In this document: positions 9,650 to 19,162 of the stretch, piece after piece
How positions within the stretch are numbered: the stretch's first letter is position 1
Layout of the letters: each line of letters begins with the position of its first letter
NCBI GenBank assembly: GCA_036278915.1
Contig: DASUKB010000001.1
Span: forward strand, 91,892 to 155,891
Source: Patescibacteria group bacterium
GTDB lineage: Bacteria > Patescibacteriota > Doudnabacteria > UBA920 > O2-02-FULL-48-8
Direction: 5' to 3'
DNA length: 64,000 nt
Notes under the pieces: generated by a model
Databases searched by the model: none
What the model was told of the DNA's origin: nothing
What the model saw: the letters and a program-made list of their open reading frames with translations, nothing else
Made by a program: the position numbers and the translations under genes

Positions 9650-9674
9650 CGCCCCATACGGGTGTGGAGAGTTA
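9647..9674 (-). repeat. 28-bp dif/lox-like site 3 (inverted relative to site 1)
   Basis: Reverse complement TAACTCTCCA-CACCCGTA-TGGGGCGTTA; same 8-bp spacer as site 1. Confidence 0.6.
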
Positions 9675-9787
9675 GAAGAAAAAAATCACTGATTTAAATT
9701 ACTTTCATTTTTATTAAATATACAAATTCAATTGATGAAGCAGATTACACCACATCTTTGGTACGATAAGCAGGCAAGAGGAGTATT

Positions 9788-10288
9788 ATGAACATACTAT
9801 ATGATGTAGCGGCGTGGGGGGCATTCTTTATGGCTGTAGCCGGAGCCGGGGCGGCTCTCACCGGACTTGTATTTGTAAGTATCACTTTGAATTTACAAAA
9901 AATCGTGGGGTCCGCCCGGTTGGTGGGGCGCGCAGAAGAAGCAGTGCTGCATTTGCTCTCAACTGTTATACTTTCTCTCGTCTGTCTTATGCCTGGCATA
10001 TCGGCTAAGCTTACCGGCATATTTGTACTCATACTTATAATCCCGACGTGGATTTTCTTAACTGACCTGCACCGCCGGGCTTACGCGGAGCAAAAGCAGG
10101 AAAACATGCGCTCGTTTATGTCGCGGTTCGTGCCAGCGCAGGTGGCGCTGGTGCCGATTATAATTTCTGGCATAAGCCTTATGGCGCATGGCGGCGGCGG
10201 TTTGGGCTGGCTGGCATTTGGACTTATGGCATCGGTGACAGTGGGCGTGGTGGATGCCTGGGTTTTGACTATAGAGATCATAAGATAA
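9788..10288 (+). CDS. Membrane protein
   Basis: Several TM helices; AGAGAALTGLVFVSIT motif. Confidence 0.75.
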   Translation: MNILYDVAAWGAFFMAVAGAGAALTGLVFVSITLNLQKIVGSARLVGRAEEAVLHLLSTVILSLVCLMPGISAKLTGIFVLILIIPTWIFLTDLHRRAYAEQKQENMRSFMSRFVPAQVALVPIIISGISLMAHGGGGLGWLAFGLMASVTVGVVDAWVLTIEIIR

Positions 10289-10290
10289 GC

Positions 10291-10548
10291 ATGAGCCCGT
10301 TTTTTGTATACATTATCAAGTGCAAAGACGGGACGCTTTATACCGGCATCACTACGGATTTGGACCGAAGGATTGCGGAGCATAATTCGTCCAAGCTTGG
10401 CGCCAAATACACCCGCGCGCGCCGGCCCGTAAAACTGGCTTATTCCCAAAAATTCCTCACTCGCTCTGCTGCCTGCCGGCAAGAAGCGAGAATCAAGCAA
10501 TTTACGCGTGTGGAAAAGCTTGCGCTCATAAAAAAGAAAAGGCGATAA
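10291..10548 (+). CDS. GIY-YIG nuclease family protein (UPF0213-like)
   Basis: FVYIIKC...LYTGITTDLDRRIAEHN...GAKYTR. Confidence 0.92.
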   Translation: MSPFFVYIIKCKDGTLYTGITTDLDRRIAEHNSSKLGAKYTRARRPVKLAYSQKFLTRSAACRQEARIKQFTRVEKLALIKKKRR

Positions 10549-10620
10549 TTAGAAATTTTTATGGTTATTCGTTGACATGCGTGGTGGTTTTGCTAGAATT
10601 CTCTTTGTGAAGGAGGGTTC

Positions 10621-10830
10621 ATGCAACAGGTCCATTATTTCCACAGCCGAAAGCTTATGGAAGCTTTGGAATTTGCGCGCAAGTCCGGATTCCCCGTAAG
10701 GCTGGCTCCGGCGTGCGCGTACGGTGGATGGGTGAAGCTTGCGGACAACGAAGAAGAGTTCAAGACCCTGTTCAAGAAGGCGGCCCGCAGGTCGCCCGGC
10801 AACGAAGTCGAGGTGCAAATCCTCGCATAG
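10621..10830 (+). CDS. Small protein resembling an isolated ATP-grasp B (lid) subdomain
   Basis: EALEFARKSGFPVRLAP...GG...ADNEEEF...SPGNEV; own TTGACA/TAGAAT promoter, AAGGAGG SD and terminator 10842-10871. Confidence 0.6.
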   Translation: MQQVHYFHSRKLMEALEFARKSGFPVRLAPACAYGGWVKLADNEEEFKTLFKKAARRSPGNEVEVQILA

Positions 10831-10949
10831 ACCAATTTCTGGAAGGTGTCCACCGTGGGCGCCTTCCTTTTTATTTGTGGAAATTACAATTGTCAGTGAA
10901 TTATTTTCTTTGTATGATAAACACAAGCAATTAAGCTGAAGGGATATAT

Positions 10950-11252
10950 ATGTATATAGTGCGCGAAGTGTTTACGGCCAAACCGGGCAATGCGTCCAAA
11001 ATGGCCAAACTTATGAAAAAAGCATTTAAAGCCGACGCTAAAGCTCGCGTGATGACCGACATGGTGGGTCCATACAATACCGTGGTGGTGGAGACAGAAG
11101 TCAAAACCCTGGCGGAGTGGGAACAAACAATGCTGGACATGAAGGCGGGCAAGCCGGACCCAAACATGGACGAGGAAGCCATGAAGGAGATGGCCAACTA
11201 CACCGAGATGTATATGAAAGGCCGACGCGAAATTTATCAGATCCTGGAATAA
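10950..11252 (+). CDS. Hypothetical protein (possible NIPSNAP-like barrel)
   Basis: 100-aa ORF, VREVFTAKPG start, GRREIY end. Confidence 0.7.
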   Translation: MYIVREVFTAKPGNASKMAKLMKKAFKADAKARVMTDMVGPYNTVVVETEVKTLAEWEQTMLDMKAGKPDPNMDEEAMKEMANYTEMYMKGRREIYQILE

Positions 11253-11256
11253 TTTT

Positions 11257-11619
11257 ATGATTGCAGATTTGGGACGATACGCCAGTCTAGGGTTTTGGGT
11301 GATGCAGGCCGTGGTCGGCATAATTTTTATATACCACAGCGGGTTTAAGATAAAACATCCGTCGCAGATTGCCTCGGCTTACGGCGCACCGGCGTTTGTG
11401 GGCTTGGCCCACGGATTGGTGGAATTGGTAGGCGGGGCTTTGCTGGTGGTAAACTTTTACGCGCAGCCTGTGGCGTTTATATTTGGGCTCATCATGCTTG
11501 GGGCCATATACATGAAGATGTTCAAATGGAACGTCGGGTTCTTCGCGCACGACAAAACCGGCTGGGAATTTGACCTCATCCTGCTGGCCTGTTGTGTGGC
11601 CATAGTCACCAGAGTTTGA
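11257..11619 (+). CDS. DoxX family membrane protein
   Basis: GIIFIYH...K, ELVGG, GWEFDLILL. Confidence 0.85.
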   Translation: MIADLGRYASLGFWVMQAVVGIIFIYHSGFKIKHPSQIASAYGAPAFVGLAHGLVELVGGALLVVNFYAQPVAFIFGLIMLGAIYMKMFKWNVGFFAHDKTGWEFDLILLACCVAIVTRV

Positions 11620-11660
11620 TTTACAATTGACAAATCATGTTTGCTTGTTAAAATAAATTT

Positions 11661-12245
11661 ATGATTACGTGGTTTAAAGTAATTGTGTTCTTGCATATAA
11701 TTTCTGCTATCATCTGGATCGGCGCGGTGATCGTGTTGGAAATTTTGGAATGGCAAACCGTGCACGCCACCAGGCGCGAGCAGATCGCATCGCAAACTCA
11801 CCGCCAGAATTGGTTTGGCAAGCGCGTGTTTGCTCCGGCATCTATAGCAACCATTGTGACTGGACTTATTGCTGTGGCTATAGGCAATCCGGCCTTTAAA
11901 CAGTTTTGGGTGATAGTGGCTTTGGTGGGCGTGGCTGTGGCTTTGGGACTTGGCGCGGGCGTCATCGGCCGCACCATGGGTAAGATTTCACAGATGCTGG
12001 CGAATCCGGCCACCACAGATGAACAAATTGAACAGCAGTTTCAGTTCCTTAAGCCGTTTACGTTTCTGGATCTGGCGGTGCTCATATATATTTTGTTTGA
12101 TATGGTTATGCGGCCGGCAACTGCAAACACCGGATTCCTGGGTGTGACTGTCGTATACTTTGCGATCGTGCTTGTATCCATCGCTCTTGCCCGCGCAAAA
12201 TCCCACAGACCAAAAATAGAATTTCACGACCAACCGCACACCTAA
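11661..12245 (+). CDS. DUF2269-like membrane protein
   Basis: FLHIISAIIWIG start; multiple TM helices; MVMRP. Confidence 0.7.
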   Translation: MITWFKVIVFLHIISAIIWIGAVIVLEILEWQTVHATRREQIASQTHRQNWFGKRVFAPASIATIVTGLIAVAIGNPAFKQFWVIVALVGVAVALGLGAGVIGRTMGKISQMLANPATTDEQIEQQFQFLKPFTFLDLAVLIYILFDMVMRPATANTGFLGVTVVYFAIVLVSIALARAKSHRPKIEFHDQPHT

Positions 12246-12285
12246 CGTGCGGTTTTTTTGACACCCTAAGCGCTTTTTATATTTG

Positions 12286-12321
12286 TTTGCCAAGCCCTAG
12301 CAATGGTATAATTTTATCAGT
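12286..12321 (+). promoter_or_regulatory. Repeated promoter module (also 12592-12627 and ~13589-13624)
   Basis: TTTGCCAAGCCCTAGCAATGGTATAATT; extended -10 TGGTATAAT ends 9 nt before ATG. Confidence 0.7.
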
Positions 12322-12588
12322 ATGAAGAAGAATACATTAGTTCTAATAGTTCTCATAATTCTGCCGGTTTTTTTGATAAATGTACTTCAAAACCTAAACA
12401 ATAAATATAAATTCGTATTACTAATAGTTTCTATCTTGTCCAGCTTATGGATTGTTATAAGATCAGCAAGATTTACGAATATAAGAGGTAAGATTATTTG
12501 GATGTCTGTAGGGGGAATATTAGCAGCCTTATTGATTCTATATTTTTGGATTGCTTATTCCTGGGTTCACGCTAATTTTATTTTATAA
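12322..12588 (+). CDS. Small 3-TM membrane protein, paralogue 1 (type A)
   Basis: MKKN start, SxW motif, WVHANFIL end. Confidence 0.75.
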   Translation: MKKNTLVLIVLIILPVFLINVLQNLNNKYKFVLLIVSILSSLWIVIRSARFTNIRGKIIWMSVGGILAALLILYFWIAYSWVHANFIL

Positions 12589-12627
12589 TTATTTGCCAAG
12601 CCCTAGCAATGGTATAATTCTATCTGT

Positions 12628-12906
12628 ATGAAGAAGAATACATTAATCCTTTTATTTTTGATCCTTCTGCCAGTGGGTTTGGGTTTTGCCTATGACGCTT
12701 CTGGTATGTATGACCATACTACTGGAACTAAATTTACGCTCTTATCCATAGCGCTACTTTCTAGCATTTATTTATTTTTTAGATCTTTATCATTAGAAAA
12801 AAGTAACGTCAAGAACTTTTGGGTTGCCATTTCATGTATCTTAATTGCTACTTTATTACTTTTCATTATGGCAGGATATTCGTTTACTAGCCTAGAAATT
12901 GGATAA
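12628..12906 (+). CDS. Small 3-TM membrane protein, paralogue 2 (type B)
   Basis: MKKN start, GYSFTSLEIG end. Confidence 0.75.
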   Translation: MKKNTLILLFLILLPVGLGFAYDASGMYDHTTGTKFTLLSIALLSSIYLFFRSLSLEKSNVKNFWVAISCILIATLLLFIMAGYSFTSLEIG

Positions 12907-12948
12907 ATGTAAATAATTATTTCGCCACCTAGGGTATATTCTATTGGC

Positions 12949-13221
12949 ATGAAGAAGAATATAATCATATTAATATTTCTTGTTGTGCTACCTACTGTAC
13001 TAGAATTGTTGCCGTTAAACCCAACGGATTATAGCAATAGGACCGCATACAGCCTTTTGACTGTGTCGTTGGTATCGAGCATATGGATATTTGTGCGTAC
13101 ATTAGCATATGAAAAATCTTGGACTAAGTACGCATGGGTAACTGTTTCAGTTATATCAATATTATTTTTTGTAACTTGGATATATATTGGCTACTCGCTG
13201 TCCCATATAGAAATAGGATAA
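12949..13221 (+). CDS. Small 3-TM membrane protein, paralogue 3 (type B)
   Basis: MKKN start, GYSLSHIEIG end. Confidence 0.75.
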   Translation: MKKNIIILIFLVVLPTVLELLPLNPTDYSNRTAYSLLTVSLVSSIWIFVRTLAYEKSWTKYAWVTVSVISILFFVTWIYIGYSLSHIEIG

Positions 13222-13273
13222 ATTAAAAAAACAAAATAGCCGAAGGACTTTTTCTAAATTGATATCTAATATT

Positions 13274-13546
13274 ATGAAAATGAAAAGGAATATCTTGATT
13301 TTTATCTTTTTGGTAGTTCTGCCACTCGTTTTGGTAAAAATTATACCAAATCTTAGTAACGAATATAGCTTTGTTGCATTATCGATATCCATATTAGCGA
13401 GTATTTGGATAGTAATAAGGTCTATAAAATTACCAAGTTCCAAAATTAGAATTACTTGGATAATTATAGGAGCATTATTGGTAATTGTATTGAGTTTATA
13501 TTTTTGGCTTGCGTATGCTTGGGTCCATGCAGACTATATTTTATAA
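13274..13546 (+). CDS. Small 3-TM membrane protein, paralogue 4 (type A)
   Basis: MKMKRN start, WVHADYIL end. Confidence 0.75.
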   Translation: MKMKRNILIFIFLVVLPLVLVKIIPNLSNEYSFVALSISILASIWIVIRSIKLPSSKIRITWIIIGALLVIVLSLYFWLAYAWVHADYIL

Positions 13547-13624
13547 AATTTCATTAAATCATAAATAAAATAGCCATAGGGTCGGTTGTTTGACAAGCCC
13601 CAGCAATGGGTATATTTTATCGAT

Positions 13625-13873
13625 ATGAAGAAAAAGTTGATTATATTTCTAAGTTTGGTAGTACTACCCGATTTAATTGGTTATTGGTTTTATAATACAA
13701 GAATTTATACTGTAACTTCATGGGTTTCGATTCTGGCGTCACTGTGGTTGTTAGTTTTAAGTATTAAAGAGAGAAATTGGGTTCATTTTAGTATTTTTCT
13801 TTTAATCTTTGTTGCGGCAGTAATGTATTTCTTAATTGGTATATCGATTAGTCACATAGAAATAGGCGGATAA
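13625..13873 (+). CDS. Small 3-TM membrane protein, paralogue 5 (type B)
   Basis: MKKK start, SISHIEIGG end. Confidence 0.75.
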   Translation: MKKKLIIFLSLVVLPDLIGYWFYNTRIYTVTSWVSILASLWLLVLSIKERNWVHFSIFLLIFVAAVMYFLIGISISHIEIGG

Positions 13874-13945
13874 AATACCGAAAACAAAAAACCAAAACAA
13901 AAATAGCCACAGGGGCTATTTTTTTCGTAATTAATTTCTAATTTT

Positions 13946-16690
13946 ATGAAACATACTTTGAAAATATTAATACCAGCAGTTTTTGTATGTTTGTTTTTTG
14001 CCCACACTGCCAACGCGCAAGTCAACTTCCGTATCCATAGCTTCGGCATGATCTTGCAGCCAAATGACGCGCCAGGCCAGTACACCTTTTTGATTAAACA
14101 AAAGATTAATGGCGAGTATGTGGACCTTATAAACAAGCCCTTGGATGTTCACCTTACTGATCTTGTAAGCTTGTTCGCATCTCTTGATAATGAAGATTAC
14201 CTTATTACGATGGATTTGCCGCCCGGTGCGGTGCTGGACAGCGTGGATTGTACGGATTCGAATTCTTTAAGTACGTTCATCCCAATCCCGGGAGGTGTAC
14301 ACGCGCTCCCGCAAGGTACGGGTAATCTTCTTTGTACTTTTACTACTTCAAAAGCTGCGACAAGCAAGACACCTGTTCTAATCGTTCCAGGAGTACTTGG
14401 AACTAATATTAAAAAAGGTGACGATGTCCTATGGCTAAATCCACTTAAGTCAATAGTGGATCCAGCTGATCATTTCATGAATTCTTTGTCTTTCAGCACT
14501 GATTTAAATCCGGTCGATCCCGATGTAACCTTTGGATCTGTCATAGGTAAGGTTGGCGTGGGTAGAATTAGTTATGATTACACTCAAAGTTTACGGCAAG
14601 AGTTGATAGACCAGCATTATACCGAAGGTGTTGATCTGTTTACCTTTCCATATGATTGGCGTTATGGCGTTTCTGGTAAAGATTCAAGTGGAGATTTTGT
14701 AAATCTCAAGGCATTTGAGGGCCAGATGAATTATATTTTGACACAGACCGGTGCGGGCAGGTCAGCTGGTAAGGTGGATGTAATTGCCCATTCAACAGGC
14801 GGTTTAATCGTTAAGTAGTATATTCAAGAACATCCGTCGGATAATCATATAGATAAGGCTGTTTTTGTGGGTACCCCAAACTTAGGCGCACCCAAAGCTT
14901 ACAAAGTTCTTATCGCTGGAGATAACTTTACTATACAGGGATTGAGCGATAGTGAGATGAAATTTTTGGCTCAAAACATGCCAGTAGTTTACGATTTAGC
15001 CGCAGACCAGAATTATTATAATCTGGCGGGTAGTCCAATGACTATCCATTTCGACCCAGCGTTAGGTAAACCAGATACTCAGGATACTCTAACCGAAATG
15101 ACTAACCAGTTAGAAAATAATGATCTAATTAACTCATTGGCGATGTCGGATAGTCAGGTCTTACATGACTCTTTGGATAATTTGGATATTTCTAGCACGA
15201 ATGTGGATACTTACAATATTATTGGTTGCAAAACAGGTACTTTTGGAAGTTTTACAGCAAATTTGGGTATAAATAATGATATAGAATCGTTTGATTTTCC
15301 TAAAATCACGCCTGGTGATGGGACGGTCCCGCTTTTGAGCGCTAAAAGTATAAATGCTTCCGATGATCATACCTTTTATGCGCCGGGGGTTCAGCATAGT
15401 AGTTTACTTTCTGCTGATGGACCAATGCAGGAGATCGTAAATATTGTAAGCGGCAGTAATTTGGATGTCGGCAAGGTTGTATCGCAATCCAGCCTTAATG
15501 ATGACCCTTCTCAATGCCAACTCAAGAAAGGGAAATTTTTGGGAATCTTCAGCCCTGTTTCTATAAGCATTACGGATCAGGAAGGGCAGATTTCGCAAGT
15601 TCTAGATGACGGCAGCATAGAAAATGACATTCCCGGAGCAGATTATGAAGTCTGGGGCGAACATAAGTATATTTATCTTCCCACAGATGCCGGCCAGCAG
15701 TATTCGATTGAACTGACAGGCACAGGAACCGGGACTTTTACTCTCAAGGATGAGGATATTGAAGATAATAATGTTACTGGAACGGAGGTGTTCAGTAATC
15801 TGCCAGTGACGACCAGCCTCAAAGGCCAGGTCGTGTTAGCTGATACCTCTTCGCTTGAATTGGATAACAATGGGGATGGTGTATTTGATCAAACACTCTT
15901 GCCGACTTCGGTTGTAAATGGCGAGCAATCCGACGATATAACTCCTCCCATTACCTCGGCGGATATTTCTGGCATCCAAGGACAGCCAAATTATTTCCGC
16001 AGTAACGTTGCTATCAAATTATCCGCGCAGGATTTTGTGGATCCGGCCAAGCCAAATCAAACCTCCGGCATGCTGAATACGCACTTCAGTTTAGACGGAT
16101 CAGAGATAGAAAATTACCAAGTACCAATTACCGTTTCTTCGGAAGGCGCGCACACAATCCGATTTTTCTCAACGGATCGGGCAGGGAACAATGAGCCCGA
16201 GCAAACAATCAACTTTGTTGTGGACAAAACTGCGCCTGAATTTAGTATCCAATTTGATCCCAGCAGCCAAGATATTAAATTTACGGGCACAGACAATTTG
16301 ACTCCGGCTGAAAATGTAAGCCTCCAGGACAATGATGATCAGATAATAATTAGCGATCAAGCCGGCAACACTTCAGAAATTATCCTGTCGAGCAAGGATC
16401 GCAAGAAAAAAATGACTGCCGAGATTGAAGGACTTTTGTATAACGGCGTGGCGGCGGATTTGAGCAAAAATAAATTTAGTTTCAGCTGGCAGTACGACAA
16501 ACAAGGCCAGCTCAAAAAACTTACGCAAAGCGCGCAGGATAAGAAAAACTTTAGAATTGATGCCACTTTCGACGGGCAGCAAACCCGTTTTCGCGGAAAT
16601 GGCAACCAAGGAAAAATAAACGAGCTGCGGCCTGGACTAGTCTCCCTAAAAATTCGCACGCAGACAGGGGATCTGATGTGGTCGTATTAA
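13946..16690 (+). pseudogene. Secreted LCAT/PGAP1-like alpha/beta hydrolase with C-terminal Ig-like domain, interrupted by in-frame TAG at 14816-14818
   Basis: Signal peptide; VPGVLG, FPYDWR, AHSTGG (Ser), GDGTVP (Asp), QHSSL (His); the two ORF halves are in one frame with a single stop. Confidence 0.8.
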
Positions 16691-16762
16691 TTGCTTGCGT
16701 AAATATTTGAATAAAAACATCTGCTTGACCGCGGGTGTTTTTATTTGTGCTAATATAAATGT

Positions 16763-18010
16763 ATGCTGAGCAAACAAAAACAAATTCTTACATTTGACCA
16801 AAGGCTGGAGGCGCTCAAACCCAGTGCGCAGGAATTGCTGCTCAAAAACCGCCGGTTTGAAGGCGAGCACCAGTACACCGTGCCGTCGCCTGCGACATAT
16901 CCGTACCAGTGGCTCTGGGATTCGTGTTTCCATGCCATAGTCCTCACGCATTTCAATGCCGAGGATGCCAAAAAAGAATTATTATCCCTGGTGGCGCGGC
17001 AGTTTCCAAACGGCATGATCCCGCATATGATCTACTGGAAAATGGCGGAAGTTATACGCGTGGCGTGGGGCACGGAGGGCACTTCAAGCATCACCCAGCC
17101 GCCGCTTCTGGCCCAGGCTGTGGAGCGCATTTGGAATTTGGACCACGACAAAGCATTTTTGGAAAATATCTACCCGCATCTTTATCATTTTTACAATTAT
17201 CTGCTCACTGACCGCGACCCCAGGCACCATCACCTTATCGGCATTATAAATCCGGATGAGTCGGGGGAGGATAATTCGCCGCGGTTTGACATACCGCTGG
17301 GCATGGGGCCGAAACAGACGCTGGAGGAAAATTTCCAAAGGCGCATGGAGCTTATAGACAAAAATAAAGATTGCAAATTTGACGCGCCGTTCTGCATGAA
17401 GAATTTTTTCTGGGTCAAGGATGTGCCGTACAATGCGATTATGATAGTAAATTTGCGCGCTCTGGCTTCGCTTGCAGCCGCGCTGGGCAATGCTGATGAC
17501 GAAGTTTACTTCGGCCAGCAGGCCGACGAGGTGGCGCTCTCCATGCGCGCGCGCATGTTTGAAGATGGTTTGTTCTGGTCCACGTATGGCCAGGATTACA
17601 AAAAAATTAAAGTCAAAACCTGGGCCATATTTGCGCCATTGATTGCCAAAGTCCTCACGCAGGATGAGGCGGAAAAACTTGTGACCGAATATTTGTTTAA
17701 TCCCCGCGAATTTGGCGCCAGGTTTGGCGTGCCTACAGTGTCCAAGTCCGAACCCTCGTATGACCCGAAGGGTTTTTGGCGCGGCCCCACGTGGATAGCC
17801 ATAAATTGGTTTATCTATCACGGCCTGCTGAATTATAATTTTCAGGCAGCGGCAGACCGCGTGCGAGACGCAAGCTTGCGGCTGGTGGAGGCTTCGGGAT
17901 TCCGCGAACAATTCCACCCGGACACAGGCGAGGGGGCCGGCGCTTTGGAATTCACCTGGGGCACTTTGGTTTTGGATATGACTCCAAAAATTAATCCAAA
18001 CACTTTATGA
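16763..18010 (+). CDS. GH63/MGH1-like glycoside hydrolase
   Basis: YPYQWLWDSCFH, ITQPP, ESGEDNSPRFD, FWRGPTW, GFREQF. Confidence 0.88.
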   Translation: MLSKQKQILTFDQRLEALKPSAQELLLKNRRFEGEHQYTVPSPATYPYQWLWDSCFHAIVLTHFNAEDAKKELLSLVARQFPNGMIPHMIYWKMAEVIRVAWGTEGTSSITQPPLLAQAVERIWNLDHDKAFLENIYPHLYHFYNYLLTDRDPRHHHLIGIINPDESGEDNSPRFDIPLGMGPKQTLEENFQRRMELIDKNKDCKFDAPFCMKNFFWVKDVPYNAIMIVNLRALASLAAALGNADDEVYFGQQADEVALSMRARMFEDGLFWSTYGQDYKKIKVKTWAIFAPLIAKVLTQDEAEKLVTEYLFNPREFGARFGVPTVSKSEPSYDPKGFWRGPTWIAINWFIYHGLLNYNFQAAADRVRDASLRLVEASGFREQFHPDTGEGAGALEFTWGTLVLDMTPKINPNTL

Positions 18011-18486
18011 ACATTGCCATAGATCTTATAGCTGCCGTACTTATAATTTTCGGCACCATAGGTTCAGTGTTGCCGTTTCTGCCAGGGCTGCCTCTGGCCT
18101 GGCTCGGGCTTTTGGTGTACGCCTGGTACTGGGACTTTGCCCGCATCGGGGCTTTGGGACTTTTGGTGTTTGCGATTCTTATAATCTTAAGCCTGGTGGT
18201 GGACGTGGCGGCTCCAGCAATTGCAGCTCGCGGCCATAGGGCCTCGCGTTACGGCTTGGTAGGTGCAAGTTTGGGCGGAATTCTCGGCGTAATTTTCCTG
18301 GGACCGATCGGCGTGCTGTTTGGGCCGTTTGTGGGATCGTTTGTGGGCGAGGTAATGCATGCCAAAACCACAAAACAGGCTTTGCGCGTGGCTTGGGCAT
18401 CCCTGGGCGGGCTCATTATAAGTTCCGGCTTTAAATTGATCATCGGTTTCAGCATGCTGGTGTATTTTGTAATCAAACTTTTTTGA
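18007..18486 (+). CDS. DUF456 family membrane protein
   Basis: LPFLPGLPL, GPFVGSFVGE. Confidence 0.85.
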   Translation: MNIAIDLIAAVLIIFGTIGSVLPFLPGLPLAWLGLLVYAWYWDFARIGALGLLVFAILIILSLVVDVAAPAIAARGHRASRYGLVGASLGGILGVIFLGPIGVLFGPFVGSFVGEVMHAKTTKQALRVAWASLGGLIISSGFKLIIGFSMLVYFVIKLF

Positions 18487-18487
18487 G

Positions 18488-19093
18488 ATGGAACTTTCGG
18501 CCAGGGAACAGCGGATATTTAAAAAATTAAATACGCCGGCAAAAATTCAGGATTTTGTGCATCGGATTCCCACCAATTTTGAAAAGCACGGGCAGACGCT
18601 GCATTCTCCTCGAGTTTTGCTGGAGAAAAATGTGGCCCACTGCATGGAGGCCGCGCTTTTTTCCGCCGCCGTGCTTTGGTATCATGGGCAGCCGCCGCAG
18701 CTTTTGGATTTGCGCACCATCAAAGGCGACTTCGACCACGTGGTGGCGCTGTTTCGTTATCGGGGCCGGTGGGGCGCGATAAGCAAATCCAACCACGCGG
18801 TCCTGCTTTATCGCGATCCTATATACAAAACGGTGCGCGAGCTGGCCGTGTCGTATTTCCATGAATATTTCCTGCAGGACGGCCGCAAGACTCTGCGCGA
18901 ATATTCTGATGCCTTTAATTTGCGCCGATTTGGGCAGGATTGGATTACGGCCGAAGACGACCTTTGGCATTTGGACCGCGCGCTGGATAAATCTCCCCAT
19001 CATAAGCTTTTGGACCGCGACCATATACTACAACTTCGGCCAGCGGACCGAATTCAAATCCGCGCCGGAAATTTGGAAATATTCCATAAATAA
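18488..19093 (+). CDS. Transglutaminase-like protein
   Basis: HCMEAA (Cys), DHVVA (His), WGAISKSN. Confidence 0.7.
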   Translation: MELSAREQRIFKKLNTPAKIQDFVHRIPTNFEKHGQTLHSPRVLLEKNVAHCMEAALFSAAVLWYHGQPPQLLDLRTIKGDFDHVVALFRYRGRWGAISKSNHAVLLYRDPIYKTVRELAVSYFHEYFLQDGRKTLREYSDAFNLRRFGQDWITAEDDLWHLDRALDKSPHHKLLDRDHILQLRPADRIQIRAGNLEIFHK

Positions 19094-19162
19094 AGCGGTG
19101 GTTCATTCTCCGGAAATTTGTTATGATACTTTTGGGTTTAGTATTAAAACGGAGAATTTTCT

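Noticed and set aside
5718-9674. Classical integron attC sites
   Set aside because: TAAC...GTTA ends resemble R''/R', but the sites are only 28 bp, lack L boxes, one is inverted, and there is no intI.
12286-13925. CRISPR array
   Set aside because: Repeats are separated by ~300-nt ORFs and look like promoters; no cas genes.
14816-14818. Genome-wide stop-codon reassignment
   Set aside because: metG and rpsG end at TAG and glyS and glyA at TGA at the expected positions; only one in-frame stop was seen.
17084-17917. Long antisense ORFs (also 28532-29377, 49907-50536, 57890-58549)
   Set aside because: Shadows of better-supported genes on the opposite strand.
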